Below, in pieces: positions 19,079 through 27,815 of a stretch of 64,000 nucleotides of DNA. The stretch comes from Candidatus Fermentibacterota bacterium. Lineage in GTDB: Bacteria; JAFGKV01. A program made the translations under genes and the position numbers. The stretch is taken from the NCBI GenBank assembly GCA_016928395.1, contig JAFGKV010000238.1:11708-75707 (forward strand), written 5' to 3'. The first letter of the stretch is position 1; every line of letters starts with the position of its first letter. Below the pieces are notes generated by a model. It was given only the letters and a program-made list of their open reading frames with translations. It made no database searches and had not been told where the DNA came from.

Positions 19079-20911
19079 CTATGGGATATCGGCTATCACC
19101 TGGAAGACGGAAACGCGGGCCGATAGATTCGATGCATTGCCGGTCTTGTCGACCGCCAGGACGCGGTAGTAGTCGTATTCGTCATAGAACGATGTCGTGT
19201 CGGTTTGTGCGGTGGACCAAGGGGTCCATCCGGAGTCAACCATGGCGTGCTGTGGATGGATGATGGCGGGGAGCTGCTCCTGCAGGGCCACAGATGGGTA
19301 GCGGTAGCGAAGCGCCCGGTAGAACAGCAGATCCTCGGGGCCGCCGTTGACATCTACCGTCACGGTGTTCCACGACAGGGCCATCAGCGAATCAACAAGA
19401 TCCACCTGGGCCTGAAACCCGGACACGCCCGCGGGAGGCGTGTCATCGGAACCGTAGTTGCTGGGTATGACGTAGATAAGGCCCGCATCATACCCCGCGA
19501 AAGGTGAGCCGTCTACGCCGAGGATGAGATCCGCCAGCCCGTCGCCGTTCACATCACCTCCGGCCACGCTACGGCCAGCCCAGTCTTTGTGGCCAACGCC
19601 TTGCCATCCGCCTTGGGAAGTCTCGATGTCCAACTGGGCAGGCCAATTCGCCGCCGCACGGCCGAAGACGGCGTATGCCTTACCATACCCCGCGCCCCAA
19701 TCCGGCGCGCCGACCGCGAAATCGTCGTAGGAATCGCCGTTGACATCTCCCAACGAACACAGGGCCGCACCGGTGGAGGCATAGGAGCCGACGATCTGCG
19801 TCGTGGCGGCGCTGGGAGGGGTGTCCTGGCCCCAGGCGGCCAGGGAGCTTCCTCTCCACAGATAGACGCTGCCCGTTCCGATGGGCGTCGAAATCAGGAA
19901 GTCGCCCTTATCGTCATTGTCAGTGTCGCCGGCGTCAGAAACGCAGGAACCCATCTCGTCGCCGGTGACTGCTCCAAGGAATGATTTGTCCGCATTGGCC
20001 AGGGATTCATTGATGATCCATCCGGTGGCCCTGCCCAGAACAAGGTAGGCCTTGCCTATGAAAAAGTCGTCCCAATCCGGTGAGTACTTGGGGGCGCCGA
20101 TGAGGATCTCGTCGCGGCCGTCGCTGTTCAAGTCAGGCACCACCGCGACCGTGAAACCGGCACGGCTCATTCCCGTGGCATCCGCCTCGCCAACAAGGGA
20201 CGCATCGGCATTTGCCAAGGATACGGACTGCGCCCACCCCGTTGTCTTGCCCAAAATGAGATAGACCTTGCCGCTGCCTGCCATGGGGGCGCCGATGAGG
20301 AAATCTCCCACGCCGTCACCGTTGACGTCGCCGGCGGAGGCGACAACGTGGCCGGCCCGATGACCGTAATCCTCACCGAGGTATGACGCGTCGGCCGTGG
20401 ACAAGGAGACATCCTGTCCCCAGCCCGACGGCTTGCCGAAGACGACGTACACCTTGCCGGCGTCTTCTTCAGCCTCGCCGTTGGCTGGGGCACCTACCAC
20501 GAGATCGGCATAGGTATCACCGTTGATGCTGGGGACGATGGCAAGGGACCATCCCGGGTGATCACCCACGGTTTCGCCCTTGAAACTGGCGCTCACCGAA
20601 CCAGTGAGAGCCATCTCAGGTTGCCACCCCAGCGCGGATCCGAACACGAGGTATACGGTACCGTATTCGCCCCCGGTGGTATCAAAGGGCGCGGAGAACG
20701 CCAGATCATCAATCCCATCGCCGTTCAGGTCGCCTCCGGAGGAGACGGCGTAACCCACCTGCGCGGCCGGCGCCGGCCCCATCCATGACCACGGTGCCGA
20801 CCATAGTCTCTCATTCTGCTGCCAGGCGGACGCGGACAGGGGGGCGAGGGAGACGAAAATGGGCAGCGCTACGCAAAGGTGTTCCAACCGGTGAGAGAAT
20901 CGTGACATCAT
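19079..20911 (-). CDS. FG-GAP (integrin-alpha-like beta-propeller) repeat protein with C-terminal Fn3-like domain
   Basis: Repeated GD(V/L)NGDG..D...GAP and G.VY..FG motifs; signal peptide; start approximate. Confidence 0.9.
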   Translation of the reverse strand: MMSRFSHRLEHLCVALPIFVSLAPLSASAWQQNERLWSAPWSWMGPAPAAQVGYAVSSGGDLNGDGIDDLAFSAPFDTTGGEYGTVYLVFGSALGWQPEMALTGSVSASFKGETVGDHPGWSLAIVPSINGDTYADLVVGAPANGEAEEDAGKVYVVFGKPSGWGQDVSLSTADASYLGEDYGHRAGHVVASAGDVNGDGVGDFLIGAPMAGSGKVYLILGKTTGWAQSVSLANADASLVGEADATGMSRAGFTVAVVPDLNSDGRDEILIGAPKYSPDWDDFFIGKAYLVLGRATGWIINESLANADKSFLGAVTGDEMGSCVSDAGDTDNDDKGDFLISTPIGTGSVYLWRGSSLAAWGQDTPPSAATTQIVGSYASTGAALCSLGDVNGDSYDDFAVGAPDWGAGYGKAYAVFGRAAANWPAQLDIETSQGGWQGVGHKDWAGRSVAGGDVNGDGLADLILGVDGSPFAGYDAGLIYVIPSNYGSDDTPPAGVSGFQAQVDLVDSLMALSWNTVTVDVNGGPEDLLFYRALRYRYPSVALQEQLPAIIHPQHAMVDSGWTPWSTAQTDTTSFYDEYDYYRVLAVDKTGNASNLSARVSVFQVIADIP

Positions 20912-20928
20912 CAAGGGTCCTCTGTTTC

Positions 20929-21939
20929 CTACCACGAGAGGATGACCAGACCGTTTCTTGTAGTTCCCACGTAGATGTAGTCATCGTCGGCGGCCATGGA
21001 GTACGAGGCGTTCACGACATACTGGCCGATTACGTGGGGCCGGTCGGGCCGGGACACATCCAGGACCAGGACGCCTTCATAGCTATCGGCGACCAGCAGC
21101 CTGTCGCGGTGAAGGATGACTTGCTTCGCGTTCCCCGGGGTACGGTGCCACCCGATCTGGCGGAGGTCCGCGGGATCGGTAGCGTCGATGACCCAGATGC
21201 CTCGGGCATTGTCGGCGACAAATGCCACAACCTGGTTGCCCAAGGAGCCCACGGCGACGTCATTGGCATAATCTTCAGTATCGAGGGAGTCGAGAGGTTC
21301 CATGACGCCGGAGAAATTGTCGGGCCTGTGACGGGCCGTGACCAGGCCGGCCTCACCCTGAGCGACATAGATCACTCCGTCGCGCACGGCAACGCCGCGG
21401 GCGTAACCCGGGAGACGTAGCCGGTTGGCGAAATGCAGGTCGGGAGGCGTGTGGTCGATCTCCTTGATGTCGAAACTGACGAGGCCGCCGGAACGATCGG
21501 CGACGTACAGCATGGTATCTACTGCGGCAACGTCTTCATACGACTCAACATAGGATGGCTGCACTTCAGTCCAGTAGAAGGGCGCAGTGGGGTCGGTTAC
21601 ATCCGCGACGAACATGCCAAGGTAGGATCCGGCCGTCACGCAGGCGAACTTTCTCATCCCCCGGTCAACCACTACCAGAGACTTCGAGTAGCCATTTGGG
21701 GGATCCAATCGGCCGCCCTGAGCGGGCGCCTCAGGATCGCGTACGTCGATGGTGGTGAGACCCAGTTCTCCAGTGGCGAGATAGGCCCACCCGTCGTCCA
21801 CCACCACATCGTACACCTGACCCTCTGTCGGAATCGACGCCACCACCTTGAACGCATCTTTCGGCTCGATGGGGCCTTCCCGCTCAGCGCAGGAGACCAG
21901 CAAAGCCGCCCCCAGCAGCACCAGGGTATTCCTTGTCAT
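20929..21939 (-). CDS. LVIVD-repeat beta-propeller lipoprotein
   Basis: Lipobox LLVSC; repeats such as YLATGELGLTTIDVRDP, VADSYEGVLVLDVSRP; GGAGG RBS. Confidence 0.88.
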   Translation of the reverse strand: MTRNTLVLLGAALLVSCAEREGPIEPKDAFKVVASIPTEGQVYDVVVDDGWAYLATGELGLTTIDVRDPEAPAQGGRLDPPNGYSKSLVVVDRGMRKFACVTAGSYLGMFVADVTDPTAPFYWTEVQPSYVESYEDVAAVDTMLYVADRSGGLVSFDIKEIDHTPPDLHFANRLRLPGYARGVAVRDGVIYVAQGEAGLVTARHRPDNFSGVMEPLDSLDTEDYANDVAVGSLGNQVVAFVADNARGIWVIDATDPADLRQIGWHRTPGNAKQVILHRDRLLVADSYEGVLVLDVSRPDRPHVIGQYVVNASYSMAADDDYIYVGTTRNGLVILSW

Positions 21940-21942
21940 TGT

Positions 21943-23046
21943 CTACCTCCCAGTCTTTCCGACGAGGCCTCGCGTTACCGACATCGAAAGGCCGATGGTA
22001 TTGGCGGTGAAATCCTTCTCTTCCCCGAGGTCGTCCTTGGCGTACGAATCAACTTCGCGCTTCTGCCACTTGTAGTTCAGATTGGCGGACACCCCCGCAC
22101 CCAGGCTGAACCCGATGCCGGTTTCCAGGGCAACCTTATTGTCTTTTCGGCCAGCATGGTAGGGGTCATCGATGAAGTCCTTCTTGGTAGTGCACGCCTT
22201 CAGATTGTAGCTTAGGCCGAAACTCAGTGATGGAGACGAGGCGAGCACCTTGACCGGCAATATATACGAACCGAACACATCATAGTTGTTCTCGTGGTAC
22301 GAACCATCCGTCTCATCCGAGGTCTCCTTCGTCTCACCGGGTTCGTCATAGCCTTTCATGGTGACTCTTCGGTAGTTGGCGCTGACACCTAGCGTGAGGC
22401 GTCTTGTGACACCGTACTTTGCCTCAGCCGTGACGGCGAAACCGTGGAAGTCATACTCCTGGAAGTAGTCAGGGTATTTCTCCCGCTCATACTGCCCGCG
22501 CGCCCGAAGCCCCAACCTTCCGCCCTTAAGGAGCCCCTTGGTGGCCTGCAGAGAGAGGAAATGCTTCGCGTAGTCATACTCCTCATAGTCCATCGTGTCC
22601 TCATCGTAAATCTGACGGATGTAGTACCGAGGAGTGTATCGATACGTGAGATAGGTGTAGAAATAACTGCCGATCCTTCTGCGAAGATCGAGCGAATAGT
22701 TGTGAAAGCTCTTCATCGTGTTGCGGTAGTTGCTGTTCTGCTTGACGGTGAGGGTAACCCTGGTGTCACCCTTGTACGCCTGAAGCCCCAGAGACTGCGC
22801 GATGATCAGATCGTCGGTAGTCTCCACCGTGGAGTACTGATCAGTCTGCGGCAGGTTTTTTATCAGGTCGATCTCATCCTCTGAGTACCGGAAGACGTTG
22901 TCGTCATAAGTAAACGACAGCCCCGTGACCAGGTCCAACTGGATGGAGGGAGGCGTCTTCTTCTTCGGCTTCGGCTTGGGGGTGGCCGCGGTTGCGGGCA
23001 TGACAAACCCTACCATCACCGCGATCAGCATCAGCTTCTTAGTCAA
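21943..23046 (-). CDS. Outer-membrane beta-barrel protein, candidate polymer export pore
   Basis: AAGGAGG RBS before TTG 23046; signal peptide; SFTYDDNVF first strand; many Tyr-rich amphipathic strands. Confidence 0.75.
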   Translation of the reverse strand: MTKKLMLIAVMVGFVMPATAATPKPKPKKKTPPSIQLDLVTGLSFTYDDNVFRYSEDEIDLIKNLPQTDQYSTVETTDDLIIAQSLGLQAYKGDTRVTLTVKQNSNYRNTMKSFHNYSLDLRRRIGSYFYTYLTYRYTPRYYIRQIYDEDTMDYEEYDYAKHFLSLQATKGLLKGGRLGLRARGQYEREKYPDYFQEYDFHGFAVTAEAKYGVTRRLTLGVSANYRRVTMKGYDEPGETKETSDETDGSYHENNYDVFGSYILPVKVLASSPSLSFGLSYNLKACTTKKDFIDDPYHAGRKDNKVALETGIGFSLGAGVSANLNYKWQKREVDSYAKDDLGEEKDFTANTIGLSMSVTRGLVGKTGR

Positions 23047-23115
23047 ACCGTATCCTCCTTCAAGTGGGGCCGCGCTTCGCAGTGAAGGATGTGGCAGAAG
23101 CACGGCGGTCGTGGA

Positions 23116-23982
23116 TCAGATATCCTTCTGAGGAATCAAGAACCGGAGCAAAACGCTGTCCAGGGCACTGCCTGGCTTGAAGCTCCAGTGGTGGACACCC
23201 GGCGGGACCGGAATGACTGCACGTTTGCCTGGCGCCGGTACCAGGTCATCCCGGTCAAGATATCTGGTCACATCGGAGCGTCGTGAGCTCCACGTGAACG
23301 AGTGGATCACCTGACTGCTCTCTAGTATTTGTACCTGGTAGTTCTGAATTCCTTTCATGTCGTAAGTGAACTCAAGGCGAGAGTAGATCACCAGCGTGGT
23401 CGGGCCGATGATCTCCAACTCCACCGGAGTCTGAGCTGTCGCGCGGTAGTATTTGACCTCGCGTTCCGCCCGTTCCAGGCGCACCACATCGGCATACCGT
23501 TCCGGGGACATGGCCGAGAGCTTGCCGAGGGAGGAGGGCTTGGCCGAGAAGAGCACCTTGACAGAGACGTTCTTGTCAGGGCACGTGATGGCGATCTGCC
23601 TCGTCCTCGGCGGGATGACTGCATACGAAGTGCGGCTCTCACCGACCCATAGCTTCCGGCCCGGTACGCCCGCTATCCCCGACTTCCTTGTAGAGTACGT
23701 CTTGGCGACCTTCCTGGTTCCTCCCACTATGGTTAACGAATAGGAAGTGTCCCGTTGCGTGGGGCGGGGGCCGATCCACCGAGAGACCACCCTAAGGCCA
23801 CCTGGTCCCGTCACGTTCAACCGCAACCCGTTCGCCCGATAGTACGTGGTCGACCTCCCTTTGATCACCACCGGTTGCTCCACGGTAGTTCCATATATGG
23901 GAGTCAGGGTCTTCCACTGACTCGACTCCGCTCCCGTAGCAGCAACCACCCACGCAACGACCAGAAGGCATCGACACATCAT
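23116..23982 (-). CDS. Hypothetical secreted basic protein with internal two-fold repeat
   Basis: Signal peptide; TYYR..LNVTGP..LRVVSR resembles KYYR..LEIIGP..LVIYSR; GGAGG RBS. Confidence 0.78.
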   Translation of the reverse strand: MMCRCLLVVAWVVAATGAESSQWKTLTPIYGTTVEQPVVIKGRSTTYYRANGLRLNVTGPGGLRVVSRWIGPRPTQRDTSYSLTIVGGTRKVAKTYSTRKSGIAGVPGRKLWVGESRTSYAVIPPRTRQIAITCPDKNVSVKVLFSAKPSSLGKLSAMSPERYADVVRLERAEREVKYYRATAQTPVELEIIGPTTLVIYSRLEFTYDMKGIQNYQVQILESSQVIHSFTWSSRRSDVTRYLDRDDLVPAPGKRAVIPVPPGVHHWSFKPGSALDSVLLRFLIPQKDI

Positions 23983-23993
23983 GGCAGGCCTCC

Positions 23994-25106
23994 CTAAGGG
24001 GATGGTGCTCTTGAAGTCTTGCGCAGCAGGCTGTGCGCGAGATCCACCCGGATTGTGATCAATAGCACCAGACTCAGAAGGAACAAGAGGAAAGCGGCGA
24101 TCCCGGTGTTGAGCCGCTCCGTGAAGTAGATTGTCCCGACGCCGATCTCAGGATCAGGACCTGGGGGAACAGGCAAGCCGTACTGCCGTGCCAGGCGCTC
24201 CACCTGGAGTATGTGAATCACGGGGATTCCTCGCTGGGCCAGGAGAAGGGTGGCGCCTTTGGTAGGGAAGTTGCGGCGGGCCAATGTCATGGAGAGCCCC
24301 GAGCGAATGAGCCGGCCATTGATGCTTGCCCCCAATGAGGCAACACCCCCGCCGACATTGACCGCGGCCTGGATCGGGCGATCGCCGGTTGCCCGGGAAT
24401 AGAGTTCCATCCGTCGGCGAATGGAGGCTTCCAGGGTTCTCTCATTTATGAACTCAACGCCGTTTCGAGTGATTGCCTGTTCGATGAGCAGGCGGCCTCG
24501 CCGGCTGAGGCCTCTCCCCCGATCTTCGCCGCCTCCGACCGACGCGGCGATGGACTTGGTGCGGATGATTCCCTTCCTTACCAGCAACTCCTCCATGTCA
24601 AGCCAGGTAAACTCGGGGTCGTTGGCGCCCCATGTGGATGACCCTACACTGGCGATGACGATGGGGCGGAGTTCCATGGTCTCCGCAGCAACAAGCAGAG
24701 CGATGTTGAGGCACGGGAGGGAGCCAGTCAAGGACACAGCGATCGCATCGCCGGGCTTGAGCCCCGCGTGACCAAGCATATCCACGAACACCGCGGCGAA
24801 GTTGGGATTGGTCGAGGTGAGCTTGGCCCGCAGTACGCCGCGATCGGTGGTAACGAGCGTGTATTCCTGACCGATCAGGCCCGTGGCGTGAGGGTCGTTC
24901 ACCAAGTCGATGACCAGCCCTTTGGGCAGGCGGTAGTCGCGGATGGCCTGCTGAGCCAGCATGGCGGTTCGCGAGGCCCTAAGCTTTTCGGTGTAGAACG
25001 GGCTGTGATGAATCACCTTCGACCGCTGCACCACCACCATGCACAGCACGGCGGCCGCAGAGACCGCGACCAGCACCACGCCGGAAACAGTGCGATAGCC
25101 ACCCAT
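23994..25106 (-). CDS. pgsW: Poly-gamma-glutamate system protein (PgsW-like)
   Basis: DPHATGLIG, TTDRGVLRAKLTSTNPNFAA, GSSTWGANDP, VNVGGG; N- and C-terminal TM; overlaps pgsC stop. Confidence 0.88.
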   Translation of the reverse strand: MGGYRTVSGVVLVAVSAAAVLCMVVVQRSKVIHHSPFYTEKLRASRTAMLAQQAIRDYRLPKGLVIDLVNDPHATGLIGQEYTLVTTDRGVLRAKLTSTNPNFAAVFVDMLGHAGLKPGDAIAVSLTGSLPCLNIALLVAAETMELRPIVIASVGSSTWGANDPEFTWLDMEELLVRKGIIRTKSIAASVGGGEDRGRGLSRRGRLLIEQAITRNGVEFINERTLEASIRRRMELYSRATGDRPIQAAVNVGGGVASLGASINGRLIRSGLSMTLARRNFPTKGATLLLAQRGIPVIHILQVERLARQYGLPVPPGPDPEIGVGTIYFTERLNTGIAAFLLFLLSLVLLITIRVDLAHSLLRKTSRAPSP

Positions 25107-25570
25107 TACATCGCCTCCGGCATACCGAAGAACGCACCACCGGACACCAGAATTAGAACAAGCCGCACCAGCACCGATGCGATGAGCAGCGTGGTCAGGG
25201 TGTGGAGTATTCCCTGCTTGTCCATATGCATACTGACCAAGCCTGGAATGATGTAGCCGACCGGCGCCAAATCCAACGGCAGATTGGCTATCTGGGGCCC
25301 CGGAAACGATCGAAGCGCCCATCCCGTGAGGAAACCGATGATGATGGTCAGCACCATACGTCGCCGGCCAAAAATGAACATGAAATAGGATAGGAACTTG
25401 ATCACGCCCAGCGTTACAAAGCTGGCGACGGCCGTCGACACGAGGGCAAGCGGCCGGTCCAGATAGAGGGCTACATACCCCGGCACGACCAAGCCGCCTG
25501 CGACAAGGCCGAAGAGCTCGGAGAAGACAAGGCTAACTACAAGACCGAGACCCAGAGACTCCAGTACCAA
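25106..25570 (-). CDS. pgsC: Poly-gamma-glutamate biosynthesis protein PgsC/CapC
   Basis: FSELFGLVAGGLVVPGYVAL, FGRRR, GYIIPGL..MDKQG; start TTG 25570 estimated. Confidence 0.93.
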   Translation of the reverse strand: MVLESLGLGLVVSLVFSELFGLVAGGLVVPGYVALYLDRPLALVSTAVASFVTLGVIKFLSYFMFIFGRRRMVLTIIIGFLTGWALRSFPGPQIANLPLDLAPVGYIIPGLVSMHMDKQGILHTLTTLLIASVLVRLVLILVSGGAFFGMPEAM

Positions 25571-26765
25571 GAGCCTTACCTCTGTTTTGAAAGTATGATG
25601 CCACTTCTTCGCCCAAGCCGACAATGTTGCCGACCGCCACCACCAACGCCGTCGATGGCGTGAGGGCGAGCACCTTCTCAAACACTTCCGCTGGCGACGC
25701 GTCGCCCAGGTTTGTGATCCTCTCTGCGTCAAGACCCTCGCGGATGGCCTGATCCTCGACCGCCTTGGTGAGTTGACCGATGAGCACGCAGTGGTCTGAC
25801 GGCCATCGTGTGGCGATGAACTTCCCGAACTGCTGCGCGCGGGACAGCCGATCGCCGCGGTTGTTGAATAGCACGATAGTCTTGTCCGTGGATGGCACGG
25901 AGTGCCTGGCCCGTTCGCACGCCAGCAAGGTCGACTCAGGGTCATTGGCCGCCAACGCATTCACAAAGAAGAGCCGCTTCTCGAAGAATGCAATCTCCCA
26001 GGCCTGGAGCGCACCGATATCAGGCCGTGCTTCCCACATGCCGTGGAGCGCAGTCTCGCGATCAATCCCCAGCGATTGGCAGACGGCCAAAGCCAGCGCG
26101 ATGTTCTCAGGGTGTTCGAGATACGAGAAGCCCTTGGCTGCTTCGACGTCAGCCTCGGCGGGCTGCGTGACCGTCAAGGTTGTTTCCCTGGCGGCAGCAG
26201 TCTGCTGGAACGGATGGATCATCTTATGCTCGGCTGTGAATGCTTTTGCCCGCTTCGGCATGGTGTTGGAGAGAGCCCACGCGACATCTTCAACCGTGGG
26301 ACCCATGACGTCAAGATGATCCTCCCGTGCATTGGTGATCACCCCATGGGTCGCCTTGACTACCAGGTGTTCCGTGAAGCGCTGATACTCGGGCTGCACC
26401 GCCATGCATTCCAGCACCAATGCCTGGACATCCCGGGTTGCCGCACGAATGATGACCTTAATCTGCTCCCGTACAGACGGTGGCCCGTGACGAACCACGG
26501 GAGTCTCCCGACCATTCTCCCAGATGAGGCGCGCCGCCGATCCAGTCGTCTTTGCGATAGTACGGATGCCACCCGCCCGGAGTCCGGCTGCAATAAGGCG
26601 GGTTACACTGGACTTTCCCCGGGTGCCATTTACATGGATCCGGATGGGGATTCTCGCCAGGGCCTGCCGATGGCGACGGTGTTCGATGATCCCGGCTATC
26701 ACGAGGAAAGCCAGCAGGGCCGGGAGTATTAGAAGTGAGGGCCCCGTCAGGGTGTCAATGACCAC
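25533..26765 (-). CDS. pgsB: Poly-gamma-glutamate synthase PgsB/CapB
   Basis: IPIRIHVNGTRGKSSVTRLI, KTTGS, LECMAVQP, ITNAREDHLDVMGP, AANDPEST, GNIVG; start approximate. Confidence 0.95.
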   Translation of the reverse strand: MVIDTLTGPSLLILPALLAFLVIAGIIEHRRHRQALARIPIRIHVNGTRGKSSVTRLIAAGLRAGGIRTIAKTTGSAARLIWENGRETPVVRHGPPSVREQIKVIIRAATRDVQALVLECMAVQPEYQRFTEHLVVKATHGVITNAREDHLDVMGPTVEDVAWALSNTMPKRAKAFTAEHKMIHPFQQTAAARETTLTVTQPAEADVEAAKGFSYLEHPENIALALAVCQSLGIDRETALHGMWEARPDIGALQAWEIAFFEKRLFFVNALAANDPESTLLACERARHSVPSTDKTIVLFNNRGDRLSRAQQFGKFIATRWPSDHCVLIGQLTKAVEDQAIREGLDAERITNLGDASPAEVFEKVLALTPSTALVVAVGNIVGLGEEVASYFQNRGKALGTGVSGSRSCS

Positions 26766-27358
26766 CGGGTCCACTCCTCTCGAACCACATCCGGCACATC
26801 GACAACCATGGCCTCGGCCAGGGCGATTGCCCTTTCCCGGCCTGTGAGGCAAGAGACCATGGTGAGACCACAGAGCAGGGCCGTGCCGGGCCCTCTGCTG
26901 GTAACGAAAGGCGCATCCACCACAACCGGGGATTCGCAATAGTGAGAGTCCACCAACTCCGCCCTGCACGAGGGATGTGATGTGACCCGTCGGCCGCGGA
27001 GTAGCCCCATGCGGTGAAGCACGGTGGGTGCGGCGCAGATTGCAGCGATGAGCATGCCTCGACGTCGCACTTCATCGATGGCCACCATCACCGCCTCGGA
27101 TTCCGCGAGACGGTTCGTGCCTGGCATACCGCCGGGAAGGAAAATGCCCATGGCAGCTTCCATATCGACCGTTTCCAGGGATACCTCTGCCTGAAGCCTG
27201 AAGCCATGGCTTCCTGGGACCATGCTCGGGGCTCCCGGCAGCCGGGCCACTACCGGGAGGATGCCTGCCCTGGAGAGCACATCGGCGACAGCCACCGCCT
27301 CCGTTTCTTCGTAGCCTACAGCCAGTGGAATCACCACAAAAGGGCGCGGTCGGGGCAT
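26747..27358 (-). CDS. DJ-1/PfpI (ThiJ/YajL) family protein
   Basis: GYEETE, LPGGMPG, AAICAAP nucleophile elbow, TSRGPGTA. Confidence 0.92.
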   Translation of the reverse strand: MPRPRPFVVIPLAVGYEETEAVAVADVLSRAGILPVVARLPGAPSMVPGSHGFRLQAEVSLETVDMEAAMGIFLPGGMPGTNRLAESEAVMVAIDEVRRRGMLIAAICAAPTVLHRMGLLRGRRVTSHPSCRAELVDSHYCESPVVVDAPFVTSRGPGTALLCGLTMVSCLTGRERAIALAEAMVVDVPDVVREEWTRWSLTP

Positions 27359-27811
27359 TCAGAAGCCTTCGCGCTCCAGCAGGTGCAGTGGCCAGCAGGA
27401 CTCGATGAGCGACTCGCCTGTGGCTGCCAGGCCCAGAACCCTCACCAGGCCGTCGGCTATCTCCAGGCCCCGAAGGTTGCCGGGCGCCCCCGGTCCAACG
27501 GCCGGGCCAGATGGCCCGCGCTCGTGGCCAAGGGCGGGCCGAGCCGAAGGTTGATGCGCCATACCAATGGTTAGATCGCCCAATCGGTGCACCCGGGAGA
27601 TGGGCGTGGTGCCATCACCATAGTCGGGGTGGTGCAGGCCGGGGACCACAACGGTCTCTTCTCCTTCATTCACGAAACCCTGGATATCGGTGTGTTCATC
27701 ACCCAGATGAACCACGGTATCCACCCTCACCCTTGCCCTGGCCAGGGCAAGGGCCTCTCCCAGCAACCGCCTGTTGCCGTGGGTGTCGCTGACCACCACG
27801 CACCTATGCAA
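27359..27811 (-). CDS. YfcE-like metallophosphoesterase, C-terminal motifs degenerate
   Basis: VSDTHGN and HLGD present; GN and GHTH motifs not recognisable. Confidence 0.7.
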   Translation of the reverse strand: MHRCVVVSDTHGNRRLLGEALALARARVRVDTVVHLGDEHTDIQGFVNEGEETVVVPGLHHPDYGDGTTPISRVHRLGDLTIGMAHQPSARPALGHERGPSGPAVGPGAPGNLRGLEIADGLVRVLGLAATGESLIESCWPLHLLEREGF

Positions 27812-27815
27812 GCGG

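Noticed and set aside
25533-25570. 38-nt pgsB/pgsC overlap considered as a frameshift or recoding site
   Set aside because: Both frames are intact and pgsC has its own GAGG RBS and TTG start, so ordinary overlap explains it
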